Notes under the pieces: model-generated | Databases searched by the model: none | What the model was told of the DNA's origin: nothing | The model's input: the letters and a program-made list of their open reading frames with translations, nothing else | In this document: piece after piece, positions 34,572 to 47,095 of the stretch | How the letters are laid out: every line of letters starts with the position of its first letter | Numbering within the stretch: position 1 is the first letter of the stretch | From: Mustelus asterias | Taxonomy: Eukaryota | Reading direction: 5' to 3' | Assembly (NCBI RefSeq): GCF_964213995.1 | Contig: NW_027590452.1 | Span: 248,001-312,000 of the forward strand | DNA length: 64,000 nucleotides | Translations under genes and position numbers: made by a program

Positions 34572-36040
34572 GTTTGCAGAGAGCTCGGGGCGGATCTGAC
34601 CAGAGCGGGTGGGAGATGTCATTGTTTCAGTCAAGAGTTGAAAGAGGCGGAGTGACATCCGGGCCCCTGTGGATTGGTTCACTGCTGGAAACGTCATCAG
34701 ATGACATCCAATCGGCTTCAAGCTCCTTTGTTCTTCAGTTCACCCAATGATCTCACAGCTCCTTTATCTCCAATTCACCCCATAGGCGGAGAGACGGAAG
34801 GAACAAAGTGAAGTTGGCCATCCCACGACAGGGGATTATTTTCCTCTTCAACAGTTATTCCATGAACCGACCGGTCCCCTGAGTGTTGATGGGTCTGTTC
34901 TGACATGGAGAATGACAATGTTCATCCCTACAGCAACATGTCAAGCAGTTTGTTATCAATCATGTTTGGGATAGCAGCTAAGGTGCGGGGGGAGGATGAA
35001 TTTTTAGTTGAAACGTGTACTTCACAAGTGATAGAATAATGAATAGTCTGATATTTCCATACGATCTTCCCTCAATTTGTAACTTTGCCGCGTGTGAAAT
35101 CCTCTTTCAGAGAGAAAGTATAGCTTGCCACCCCATTGGACTGCTGATCCAATCGGTGCCAAACAGGAAAAGCAGCAAAGGTCAATATCTACAATAAAAT
35201 CTCTAATAAAACAACACAGATGAGGCAGGTCAGAGTGAGAACAACACAGGAAAGCTGTGGGTGTGGCTACCATAGGCAGTGTGGTGAGAAGTAGAAATTA
35301 TCTGCAAGGAATTGAACTCAATAACAATATCGCATTGGAAATCATATAAATTTGCCTGTCTGTAGGAGCGGCAGCTGAATGTTCATTCCATAGCGCGGAC
35401 CAGCAGTCTCGCACCAGGAAGGTCAGGGTTAGTAAATGATCCAATACAAAGTGGAATCTTCATCAGTGATGGAGATGGAAAGTGGGACCGAATAGCTGAG
35501 TAGCTGGATTGGAGAGGTTCTCAGTGTGCTTGTGAGGAAAATCGCTATATTGTTGGGGGCCAGGGGTGGGAATGAAGTCGCTGGTCTGATTATTGAAACA
35601 GAGGAACACTGGGTTGCGAATTGTGTCAGAAAACATTTGACAGACATTCAAAATGAGAATGAACATTGATGGCAACTTGTTCTCAGTAATTGTTTTAAAT
35701 AGCACAATGACAACCTTGCGAAATGTATATGCCAATACAAGCTGTCCTTTAGGCAGCAAAATACTCTGATCAAATAGACCCTTTGATCAAAGAGACCTTG
35801 AAAAGGAGAGTGAAGATGGGGAAAGTGCTGCACAATAATTCACACAGGCAAGAAAATGTCATCAAAGGTTGAAGCGTGAGTTAAGGAACTGTAAATGTAT
35901 TTTTAGTATAGTTGCAAGTTAAAAATTCAACTGTGGCTCAGCCGTTCGTGTTGAGTGTTGTGTTTTGTTTTGATATTTTGTTTATGACCCTGTGACTATC
36001 ACTGTCGAGACAAAATAATTATTTCTGTTTATCAGTGTGG

Positions 36041-36073
36041 GAGCGCCCTCTGCTGATCACTAACCGGAACTCC
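36041..36073 (-). promoter_or_regulatory. CTCF motif just downstream of a V RSS
   Basis: ggagttcc...tcagcagagggcgctc on the minus strand. Confidence 0.6.
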
Positions 36074-36119
36074 CAGTCTGGGGTTTTTGTGCGGGGTTCG
36101 CTACATCTGTACCAGTGTG

Positions 36120-36662
36120 GGCTTCATGGCACAGAAATACACGGCGCTGTCGGACAGAACAGCTCTGGCGATATTTAAAGGAACAGTATTGTTTCCTTTG
36201 TGCAAAGCAGCCGAGAATCTATCTGAGAAATCCGGAGACTTATCGGTATTGCCCGAGCTATATATCTTCATCAAATATCTCAGAGCTTGCCCGGGATACT
36301 GGATGTACCAGAACATAGTTTCAGAAGCAGCTGTTGAGTATTTACAGTCCAGTGTTATGTTCTGTCCTTCCAGAACCGATAATTCAGATCGATCTTGAAA
36401 CACTGAATCTTCAGCCTTTGCCCCTGTAACAAAACACAGAAGGTGTTCAATATCTGGGAGGGAAGAGAGCCCATGGGACAGACACTGATCATTTAAACAT
36501 TGACTCAAAAAAAGAAAATGCTCGAAATTTTCAGTAGATCTGACAACATCTGTGAGAGGCGAACAGAGATAATGTTTCAAGTCAGGATAACACTTTGTCA
36601 GAGTTTATTGACTCACCGGGCAGCAAGACCATTATTATCAGCAAACAAAGTAAGGAGCACAT
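36120..36662 (-). CDS. TCR alpha/delta V segment, potentially functional (leader 36662-36617, V exon 36423-36120)
   Basis: MCSLLCLLIIMVLLP|gtgagt; EDSVFQD..LDC..WYIQYPG..DSAVYFCAMK. RSS cacactg(36119-36113)-22-acaaaaacc(36090-36082). Confidence 0.9.
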
Positions 36663-38557
36663 GGTGTCTGGTTTCGGGTTCGGCAGAAATGAAGCAGTAT
36701 TTGAAATGTGTTGACATTTCTGTTCTAATATTCAAGCGGAAATTCATATCAGCGGAAACGTAATTTACTCAGAAATTATGGGGCGTTTCCCAGCGACAGG
36801 ATTGGCCGCTTTCTCAGGATTGATGATCGTCGGGCATCAATCAGCGTTCGCTCGACTAATAAGTTCTGAGTTTCTCTTTCTCCGTGTCTTTCTCAGATTC
36901 TCCGGCTCTCTCTCCGTCTGTGGCCTCTCTATCTCGCTCTGTTATTCCGCCTCTGTTTGTCTAACCCCCATTGCTCTGCTTCTTACCGTCTCTGTCTTCG
37001 CACTGGCTCTACATTCTTATCTTTCTGCCCTTCTCCCTAGAGTTCAGAGTTCAGACAATCCGATTTCTACCACTCTCCCATTTCAATGAGCCCACTAAAT
37101 TACTCATTCTATTCGAGCACCAAATGTAGACAAAGTTAATAACCAGCACTTAAGGGGTAACATTATGATGGAAAGATTTAAATGTAAATACTAAAGAATA
37201 TAGAGAGTGAATGTGAATCCAGAGTCATATTTACATCTTGTGTTATTATTTTAAAGAATGCATCTTATCGGAATCTTGATGGCTTCATATTGTTTAGAAT
37301 GAGCTTTTATAACCAGTATGAATTGAATAAAGCGAAACGCCAGCAATTAAAGTAACGGTGGGATTATCTCTCATGTATACGTTCAACTGCGTTCAATTGC
37401 ATTGGGATCCCAAGGTGAATGCTTGAACCCAATTTGCCTCAATATTTTGGAGAAGGTAAAGAGGTCAATAATCATCAGAAGAACGTCGGCCCACTTTGAG
37501 AGCAGCTTTGTGAATTATTGCACTGTAACCATCTCAGCGCTCTGTTCATTTCTTTTATGGGTGGAAGTGACAATGAAAGGGTTTCCTAGCCGGCTGGTAT
37601 TTAATTGTAGTTAATGAGAACTAGCTTTGCATATCCCCTGGGGACCGTCAACCTGCTGTCTGAACTTTGCTCCCGTGCTTTGAATACCTGAGTGTCGAGT
37701 TACTGGAAGCGCTGACATTATTCTCTCTTCGAAAAAAATCCAATCTCTGAAGATCATGGCTCATTGTAAAAACGATAACTAACCCCACTGTAGATGCTAA
37801 TTTTAAACAGAGGTGTCATTGAGATGAATCCTGCGGACATTAGTGGAAGTGTTCATACTTCAAGATTGTTCAGCTGAATGTACAGTGACAGCTGGTATCG
37901 TTGCTCTAATGCGACAGGAATACTTTTGAAGCACCTCGCCACAAATACACGTTCTTTCCTTTGAACTATGGTGCGAAGGATTCCATAACTGATTATCAGA
38001 CCGTGGAACGGCAGTATAACCGCTGGTTCCTTCACCAACGGGTCCTCACTTTGCTCTTGAATTGGGAGTTTCTCTTCGAAAGACAGGGACGCTGCCAATG
38101 TACCACAAGACAGCCTGGCGAGTCAGTCAGCCACTCCGACATACAATACAATAATTGTTCAATAACTGCCTCAGTGTTTCATGAGATAAGTCTCGCAGTC
38201 ACGGCTGAGCCACGCCCCTGATGGCAAGAATTAAATAAACGGATTGATCCTGAATGAACCAAATCCTGGAGCAAGCCTGAGTCACAATAATCGGAATCGG
38301 GTTTAACTGTCACCATCTGCTGTGTAAAATGGAAATATTCCCCCCCATAAAGCTCTGGCTGTTACCCGGCTCTGAGTGTTTCCAATCACTGGGAACCAGC
38401 TCCTGGCAACCAGCGAGCCTGCCTATTCACAACGTCACTGGGAACACCAGGAAGTGAAGTGAGAACACCCTGAGACTCACAGCAGATTACTGAGGGCGGG
38501 GTTTAGAACGGGTGTCTCAAAATCCCTGACTCGCCTTTTACAGCGCGGACAGAAACA

Positions 38558-39058
38558 ATGCGGCTGCTCAGTATCTGGGTTGTGTGGGCAATATTTCTGA
38601 CAGGTAAATGTGCACCAAGCACATTTCAACTTTTTGTTTCCATTTTTGAAACATGGTGTAAATCTGAATTTCCAACAGTGGTCGGTTGGACCTTTTTATA
38701 TTTGTTTTCCAGATCTGATTCATGGAGATTCTGTCACTTAGTCGCCGTCCTCAGATGTTATGACAGAAGGAGATGCGGTGACTTTAAATTGTAAATATGA
38801 TCATGAAATGAGCTACTACTATCTGTACTGGTACCGGCAGCACCCAGACTCACAGCCTGAGTTTATATTGCGGAAAAACTCGGGCGGCGGTGGAGATAAA
38901 GCCGATTTTGCCAAAAGATGTTTCTCTGCTGAGCTTCAGACAGAGAATAAATTCACCAGTTTATCCATTTCGGGTCTGAAGCTGGATGACGCCGCCGTGT
39001 ATTACTCCGCTTTCAGGTTCAGATTGATATAAAGCAAGCTCAGCTCTGTACAAAAACT
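38558..39058 (+). pseudogene. TCR alpha/delta V pseudogene (leader 38558-38603, exon from 38713)
   Basis: TAG at 38739-38741; Cys104>Ser; heptamer degenerated to cagattg; 23-bp spacer; nonamer acaaaaact. Confidence 0.9.
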
Positions 39059-39853
39059 GCCCATCACTGTAGAATGCAGCTCCTGTCTGTTGTAGTTTGT
39101 GTAAAATCGCGGTAGATATCGCCATAATGTGCAGCGAAAGGAAACCAAACCAACCTTTCGTGAAACTGTTCCCAGGAGCAACTGCACAAACAAACTGCCG
39201 ATTTCAATTCGACAAACAAATCAGCACAGTCATATTGGAAGATACCTGTTCTAATCCCTGCCTTTTGTAATTTGTTCTCTACCCTGGGGATGCTCTCGCC
39301 CCACTTCCGTGTGTGTCTCTGGTTCTGGGAGACCAGTTGGTGGTAATTTCGTGCTGACTTGGAAAGAAAATCGTCTGAGCCCAGCTACAGTCAGTGCCGT
39401 CATAGGGGTATGGCCGCACTTTCAGAGCCAGGGGGAGGAGGAAGAGGTGGTCGAGGAATGTAATCCTGGTCTGTAGATAATCATCAGAAACATTTGGATT
39501 GTTAGTGCTGACAGGAACCACACCAGCCTCCAGAAAACATTCTGAAGCTCAGTGGGCACTGGGTTTAAATAAACTGTGTGAACATGCCGCAGTCAAAGGT
39601 TCCAGGAAACTGGGAGGGGATATGGAGAGAGGGTTGTTCAATGTTAGAGTCATGGAAAACACATCGAAAGGAAAAAAGTACATTGGAGTAATGAAATAGA
39701 TTTATGAAGGTCGCTCTCAGTATAACTGTACGCTGGAGTTAATACAATTCCTGACGTTGTTTTTGTTTTGAGACTGCCGGTGACTCAGACTTTGGAGGCG
39801 GAGTTTTTGATTTTGTTTAGCAATGAGAGCGGTGTCTGGAACCCCCAGTGTGG

Positions 39854-40060
39854 GATTTTTGTTCCGAATCTGCTACTTCTCTGCTGGCTGTGTAGCACAG
39901 AAATGCGGTGTGAGAGAAAACATCTCCCATGATATTTCAAGGGACCGTTTTGTTTCCTTTGTGGAAATCAGCAGAGATCTTGCCTTGTACGTTTGGAAAC
40001 ATTTTTTCAGCCCTCAGCAAAGGAGAGCGTCTGGAGAATGTATCCACAAGAATGATCCCA
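39854..40060 (-). pseudogene. Degenerate V relic related to the V at 36662
   Basis: tctgctgatttccacaaaggaaacaaaacggtccctt matches FR3; remnant RSS cacagcc(39892-39886)-23-acaaaaatc. Confidence 0.65.
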
Positions 40061-40660
40061 GCAGCCCCGAACAGAGGAGTTCGCTGTCAGGCTCACGTCA
40101 AACTGAGCAATAGGGTGCAGCCCTTTAACGTGTATTTGATAAACCAACCTTTTTAACACACGCTAAATTTGGAATTTTAACCTATTCACTGTCATTGTAT
40201 TTTCCCGCTCTGTTTGATATGTCGCTATCACAGAAAAAAAATCTTATATCATCTTCCCAATTGACCCCCGTCTCAAACTCAGTCTGATCATTGACAGTGA
40301 CTCAAATACTCGGAACATCTTCATCCACATTCAACACTTGCATTTCCTTCTTCAAGGCGAATTCTTTCAGATCAATTGAAGGGAAAAATGTCTCTGAGCT
40401 CAATTAGGCTCAACCTCGCTGTGTTTACTCGTCTAGCTCTGAACAGCAGAGTGTATCGCCAATGTCTCAGTTCTCTGTCATCAACAATTGTGTTTAAGCC
40501 AATGACGTCAGACCAGTGAGATCCAGTGATTTCAGATCTACCGAACATACGTTAGGAAGTGAGGTCAGACCAGCCTCAGCCAATGGTCTCAGTTTTATCT
40601 TGTTCGATATTCGAAGCTTTCGGAGACACAAGACGTCCCTAGAGTCTTGGAACAGCGGCA

Positions 40661-41677
40661 ATGCGGCGCTCCGTCCTCACTGTGATCTGGGTGACATTCA
40701 TTGTCGGTACGTTTAACACTTTAAAAATGAGTGTAACTTCGAGAGGAATAAACTTCAAAAGCAGGGCGCTCCAGTTCATCAGACATCGGGCCTGCCATAG
40801 AGCACTTGAGTCTTTGCTCTTGGCTTTTCCTTACAGGACTATCAGTTGGCAAATAGCACAGCAAGCCTGATACCAGAATTGGGATATGACATCGATCAGA
40901 ATGCAATCTAAACATTATGGTTCATTTCTCTTCTGGCTGAAGACTAAAGAGTAACTTGATTGATGTATTCACAATAAGGTTCAGTCAGGTGGACGGGGAA
41001 AGGAAGATTCCACTCGGGGAGGATTCCAAATGGATGTCCCATCAATCTGAGTGAAATGAAAAGATTAACTGGAAATTACAGCAAATCTACTTTCGAGGGA
41101 GCTCTGTAGAAAGTGACTCACATTAAAACAATGAGACACTTGAACGGAGGAGTAAAGACACAGTTGGGGGAGACCTAGATTAGCCGCTGAGGGGGAAAGG
41201 GACAGAGGCATTTGAGATGAGGTGGGACGGCGGATTCTCCTGGGGATACTGAACGGGAACTAGATTAGTTGATGCGAATGTGAGATTATTTAAAGCCTAT
41301 TTTTATGCTGCATCGTCTGCGAATGTTCACCCTCAGTTCTGCTGAATGTTTTTTCTTTAACCGTGTGTTCCAGATCTGAGCGATGGGGATTCTGTTACTC
41401 AGGGGGAATCCTCACTCACACGGACAGAGGGGGAAGATGTCACTTTAAGCTGCACCTATACCGACGATGCATATTATTTATTCTGGTACCGTCAATACCC
41501 AGGCAGACAGCCCGAGTTTGCGGTCCGGAGTCATACTGGCGGCGGTGCTGAATTGAAGGCGGATTTCGCTCAGACCCGTTTTTCCGATACAATCCAGAAG
41601 TCAGAAAAGTTGTACCGATTGACCATCTCGGAGTTGCTGCTGTCTGACACTGCGGTCTATTACTGTGCACAGAGTCT
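40661..41677 (+). CDS. TCR alpha/delta V segment, potentially functional (leader 40661-40706, V exon 41374-41677); paralog of 14750
   Basis: MRRSVLTVIWVTFIV|gtacgt; open V frame ending YYCAQS. RSS cacagtg(41678)-23-acagaaact(41708-41716); CRE at 40503. Confidence 0.92.
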
Positions 41678-41947
41678 CACAGTGATGAACATGAGTGAAA
41701 TCCTCGTACAGAAACTGCCGCAGGTTTCTGGGCCACAGCTGCTGTCTGCTGGGTCCCGTTTACAACAGCGGGTCTGACATTGGCACCTGAATATATTCCC
41801 GTGAACTCAAACCCCGAGAACAAATCCACATAAACACCATTTAAAACCGTTCACATCGAAGGCAGATTCCTGCTGATTCTTAGATTCGCTGGACGAGGGA
41901 AGAATTGGCTGCTCTTTAATTGGGGGTCACTGGGAACTCGGCACTAA

Positions 41948-42445
41948 CAAAGAACAAAGAACAATACAGCACAGGAACAGGCCCTTCGGCCCTCCAAGCC
42001 CGCGCCGCTCCCCGGTCCAGGATTGAATCCTGAATCCAGGATCCCCGCCCAATTTTCCAGCCTATCTACATCCTAATATCCTATCCACCGAGCTGTCCCT
42101 CACAGCTACGATGCTTTGTTCATCACAACCTATTAACTCACCCCCACCCCCCCATTCCAGACCATGTGATCTCCAGGGAGAGGCAAAAACCCAGAGTGAA
42201 AACCCCAGGGCCAATATGGGGAAAAAAAAAATCTGGGAAATTCCTCTCCGACCCCCTGTGGCGATCGAAACGAGTCCAGGAGATCACACTGGCCCTGATC
42301 GGGAAATGCTTCCCAACCCTATTCATTTCCACTTCTGCTTTACGAACACCATCTGAATTCCCTGCCCCCGAGACAGGTTCCCAACTATCCGCAGTCTCGC
42401 TCTGTACTGGCACCAGCAAGATGATCATAGAATGAAGCCTTGAAA
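41948..42445 (-). mobile_element. Retroposed element with CR1-like 3' tail, family unclear
   Basis: (acaaaga)n..tacagcacaggaacaggcccttcggcc tail; absent from the paralogous site at ~16407. Confidence 0.55.
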
Positions 42446-42895
42446 CCATATTTCTAATTAATTGTAGGTGTTATTGATGCATATGCCATCTCACAGGAAC
42501 CGTTTTATGACAACGTTTGAAGGAGATTCGGTAATGAATGATTTCAGCAATTCGACCACAGCTAATTCATATTGATTACAGCTGCACTGTCAGGATCAGG
42601 AAAAAGCCCCCACATTCTTGATCCACATCCCTAAATATGGCGATGTTTTCAGACCAGACCAGAGGGAGTGGGGACTCAATTTTCTGCATCTATTAAAAAT
42701 TGTCAATGTTATCAAGTTAACGGAATTGTTTGCAAGCAGTGGAAAAACAGATAAACGGGTGATTTCCAAATCCGTATCGCAAGCAAAGTGAAACTTATTC
42801 AATTTCGGAACTTGCCAGTTAAGTGCTCTGCAGCTGTGACGATTTCTGCAAAGGTAACATTTAATATGTTCACAGAGCTGATGCTGGATCTGAAC

Positions 42896-44432
42896 GCCAG
42901 GTTAAAGTCCAACAGGGTTTATTTGGTAGCACAAGCTTTCGGAGTGTCGCTCCTTCTCCAGGTGAGTGAGGAGCTGTGTTCACAAACAGGGCATATACAG
43001 ACACAAACTCAATTAAAACGATAATGGTTGGATTGCGAGCCTTTACAGGTAATCAAGTCTTAAATGTACAGATAACGTGAGTGGAGAGGGGGTTAAACAC
43101 AGGTTAAAGAGATGTGTATTGTCTCCAGCCAAGACAGTTAGTGAGATTTTTCAAGCCCAGGCAAGTCGTAGGGGTTACAGATAGTGTGACATGAACCCAA
43201 GATCCCGGTTGAGGCCTTCCTCATGTGTGCGGAGCTTGGCTATCAGTTTTGCTCAGCGATTCTGCGTTGTCGTATGTCGTGAAGGACGCCATGGAGAACG
43301 CTTACCCAAAGATCAGAGGCTGAATGCCCGTGACTGCTGAAGTGTTCCCAACAGGAAGAGAACACTCCTGTCTGCTGATTGTTGAGCGGTGTTCATTCAT
43401 CTGTTGTCGTAGCGTCTGCATGGTTTCCCCAATGTACCATGCCTCGGGACATCCTTTCCTGCAGCGTATCAAGTAGATAATGTTGGTCGAGTCACAAGAA
43501 TATGTACCGTGTACCTGGTGGATGCTGTTCTCACGTGAGATGATGGCATCCGTGTCGATGATCCGGCACATCTTGCAGAGGTTGCTATGGCAGGGTTGTG
43601 TGGTGTCGTGGTCACTGTTCTCCTGAAGGCTGGGTAGTTTGCTGCGGACAATGGTCTGTTTGAAGTTGTGCGGTTGTTTGAAGGCAAGAGGTGGGGTGTG
43701 GGGATGGCCTTGGTGAGATGTTCGTCTTCATTGACGACATGTTGAAGGCTCCGGAGAAGACGTCGTAGCTTCTCTGCTCCGGGGAAGTACTTGGCGACGA
43801 AGGGTACTCTGTCCGCCGTGTCCCGTGTTTGTTTTCTGAGGAGGCCGGTGCGGTTTTTCGCTGTGGCGCGCCGGAACTGTCGATCGATGAGTCGAGCGCT
43901 ATATCTTGTTCCTATGGAGGGTGTCTTTCAGCATCTGTAGGTGTCTATTGCGATCCTCCTCATCCGAGCAGATCCTGTGTATTCGGAGGGCTTGTCCGTA
44001 GGGGATGGCTTCTTTAACATGTTTAGGGTGGAAGCTGGAGAAGTGGAGCATCGTGAGGTTATCCGTGGGCTTGCGGTACAGTGAAGTGCCGAGGTGACTG
44101 TCCTTAATTGAGATGCATGTGTCCAAGAATGCAACCGATTCCGGAGAGTAGTCCATGGTGGCTGTCCTGTCTGGAGACAATACACATCTCTTTAGCCTGT
44201 CTTGATGCTCTCTCCACTCACATTGTTTGTATCTTAAAGACTTGATTGGCTGTAAGTATTCGCATTCCAACCATTATTCATGTAAATTGAGTTTGTGTCT
44301 TTATCTGCCCTGTTTGTGAACAGAATTCCCACTCACCTGAAGAAGGGGCTTGGAGCTCCGAAAGCTTGTGTGGCCTTTGCGACCAAATAAACCTGTTGGA
44401 CTTTAACCTGGTGTTGTTAAACTTCTTACTGT
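42896..44432 (-). mobile_element. Penelope-like retroelement (RT C-terminus plus GIY-YIG endonuclease, frameshifted) with inverted terminal repeat
   Basis: FLDTCISIKDSHLGTSLYRKPTD..SFHPKHVKEAIPYGQALRIHRICS; CDSTNIIYLIRC..C..AWYIGET..LRQQMNEHR; 42896-43137 is inverted at 44162-44420. Confidence 0.9.
44334..44370 (+). ncRNA. Minimal type I hammerhead ribozyme motif, apparently intact
   Basis: CAC-CUGAAGA-A-GGGGCU(UGG)AGCUCC-GAAA-GCUU-GUG. Confidence 0.62.
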
Positions 44433-45079
44433 AAAAACTAACAGACAGCAGTCTCGCCGAGCTGGTGCTGGATCTGAACTCAGTGAGTTCAAACTGTTTT
44501 AGTTCAGAGTTCAGAAGATGGTGAGTAATATCCGGCCTCACTGGCGATTGGTTCATTCCTGACAAAGAGCCAGCAGGAGGCACCCAATCAGCTCACAGCT
44601 TCTCTGTCCTACATTTCATCCAATCAGCTCAGAGAGTCTTTGTTCTCCAATGCATGACGTCAGAGCGAGGAGCCGGAACCATTAGAATCTGTTCTCAGAC
44701 AATGAACTGGACTCGAAGAAGCGGAACGACCGAATGGTGATGTCGCTCTTTGACAAAGTGAGGGCATGGAAACGAATATTGGTCATTTTCCGGAGTTCAT
44801 CTTTGAGATAGGACGCAGATGGATCTTGGTTAACGTTGTGGCAACAGCGGCAGAGTTTTCCATTGGAAGAGTTGCTCCAAACAGCTATAAAAATGGAATT
44901 TATATAGAATGGCACATTCAGCACCATGGAAAGAGAGCATTCGGGCTAACTCTTCTTTATAATATTGTTTGTTAATATTAACAGTTTACAATCCAGCTCA
45001 CAGATCTGATTCAGTGAGAGGAGGTGAGAGTGCCTTTGTAGGTTTTTGTACGGGCTCACTGTGCCTCTGTAGCAGTGTG

Positions 45080-45517
45080 GGGCTCAGCGCACAGTGATAC
45101 ACTGCAGAGTCAGAGACATGGACACCGGTGATATTTAAAGGAACTGTTTTCTTGTCCTTGTCCAAATCAGCAGAAAACCGGTCAGGGAAATCTGGAGACT
45201 TTTCTCCGCCACCCGTGCCATATTTCTTCAGTAAATATCTCGGAGCTTCCCCGGGATACTGGATGTACCAGAAGAGATTTGGCAAAGCATCTGTTGCTGT
45301 GTAATTACAATTCACTGTTACGTTCAATCCTTCCTGAACCGTTAATTCAGCCGGGTCCTGGGAAACTGAATCTTGGCCATTGATTCCTGCAACAAAATGT
45401 AGAATGTGTGAGAAATCTGTGAACAAATATAACCCATAAAACACACACTGAGGATTTGAACTCAGACTCACCGGGCAGCATGACCATTATTATCAGTAAA
45501 GCACACAGGGAACACAT
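45080..45517 (-). CDS. TCR alpha/delta V segment, potentially functional (leader 45517-45472, V exon 45386-45080)
   Basis: MCSLCALLIIMVMLP|gtgagt; VNC, WYIQYPG, AVYHCALS. RSS cacactg(45079-45073)-23-acaaaaacc(45049-45041); CRE at 45671. Confidence 0.93.
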
Positions 45518-45686
45518 GGTTCCTGATTGGACAGTAAGCAGCGACAATGTTTACAATAAGTTGCTGCCTCTAGTCTTATATCACAGAGTCAACTCAGATC
45601 AGAGGCAGCTTCTATTATTAGGAAACTGGGAGGCGTTTCTCAGTGCTGCGATTGGCTCATCTCCCTGAGCTGACGTCAGCTGCGAA

Positions 45687-46550
45687 TCATAAAATCCCTA
45701 CAGTGCAGAAGGAGGCCATTCGCCCCATCGAGTCTGTACCGGTCACAATCCCACCCAGGCCCCACTCCCGCAACTCCGTGCATTTACCCTGCGTATCCCC
45801 TGAGACTCGGGTCAATTTAGCATGGCCAATCAACCCAACCTGCACATCTTTGGACTGTGGGAGGAATCAGCAGCAGCCGAAGGGGACCCACGTAGACACG
45901 GGGAGAACATGCAAACTTCATACAGAAAGTGATCCGAAGCCGGAATTGAACCCGGGTCCCTGACACTGTGAGACAGCAGCGCTAACCATTGTGGCATCAT
46001 GCCGCCCCGTAACCAGTGAAGCAATCACTGTTAGTTAATGATTTAATATAGCTGGCTCTTTCCAATCACATTCCTTCCCTGGCCGTAAACGTATTTCTAA
46101 GTTCCTTGTTCTGTCTCTGCTCTCTCCCACATAACCAGTTATTGTGTCTCATTAACTGGTGAACTCGCTTTCCTCAGAACTCAGTCCATCAATCTTTCTG
46201 AAGGCAGATCCTTTTTTTCTAATTCAGGTGAAAAGTGAAATTAATTTAATCATTTATGGGCGACACGGTGGCGCAGTGGTTAGCATTGCTGCCTCACAGC
46301 CCCAGGGACACGGGTTCGATTCCAGCCTCGGGTCACTGTCTCTGCGGAGTTTGCACTTTCTCACCGTGTCTGCGTGGGTTTCCTCAGGTGCTCCAGTTTC
46401 CTTCCACACTCCTAAACTGTGCAGGTTTGCTGGATTGGCCACGCAAGATTGCCTTTAGTGTCAGGGGATAGCAGGTTAAATATGTGGGTTACGGGGATAG
46501 GGCCTGGGTGGGATTGTTGTCGGGACAGGCTCGTTGAGCCTAATGGCCAT
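45687..46550. mobile_element. Two HE1-like SINEs (45687-46008 minus, 46258-46550 plus)
   Basis: Mirror copies of those at 236-1097. Confidence 0.85.
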
Positions 46551-46639
46551 GACTCAACATAATTAATAGTAGTGCTGTAAGGAGACTGGGGATAAGTAGT
46601 CACTCAACTCTGCACCAGGAAATATTTCACGGACTCATA

Positions 46640-47095
46640 ACAGAAACTAGAAGCAGGAGCCTTCTCCGCTAATCATCGTAATCATGGCTGATCATGGAAT
46701 TCAATATCCTGATCCCCCTTCCCCCTCGCCCATATCCCTCGACCCCTTTAGCCCCAAGAGCTATATCAAATTTCTTCTTGAAATCAGACAACGTTTTGGC
46801 CTCAACTACATTCGGTGGAACTGAATTCCATACATTCAACACTCTCTGGATGAAGGGATTTCCCTTCACCTCAGTTTATCCCTTATCTTCAAAAGATGAC
46901 GCCTAGTTCTGGATTCCACCATTGGGAACAGTCTCCTGGATCCACCCTGTCTAACCCTGTTAGAATTTTATAAGTTTCTATGAGATCCCCTCTCACTCTT
47001 CGAAACCCCAGTGAATATAATCCTAACGGATTTAATCTCTCCTCATGTGACAGACCTGCCATCCCAGGAATCAGCATGGTAAATCTTCACTGTAC
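46640..47095 (-). mobile_element. CR1 LINE 3' fragment
   Basis: LIPGMAGLSHEERL..LGLYSL..RRVRGDLIETYKIL. Confidence 0.8.

Noticed and set aside
37780-38120. IgH/TCR-gamma V-like FR3 text (LSLYIQLNNLEV) on the minus strand
   Set aside because: No Cys23, Trp41, YYC or complete RSS recognisable; too decayed to call without a profile search.
45057-45063. Consensus heptamer inside the RSS spacer of the V at 45080
   Set aside because: Only 7 nt from the nonamer, incompatible with 12/23 spacing.
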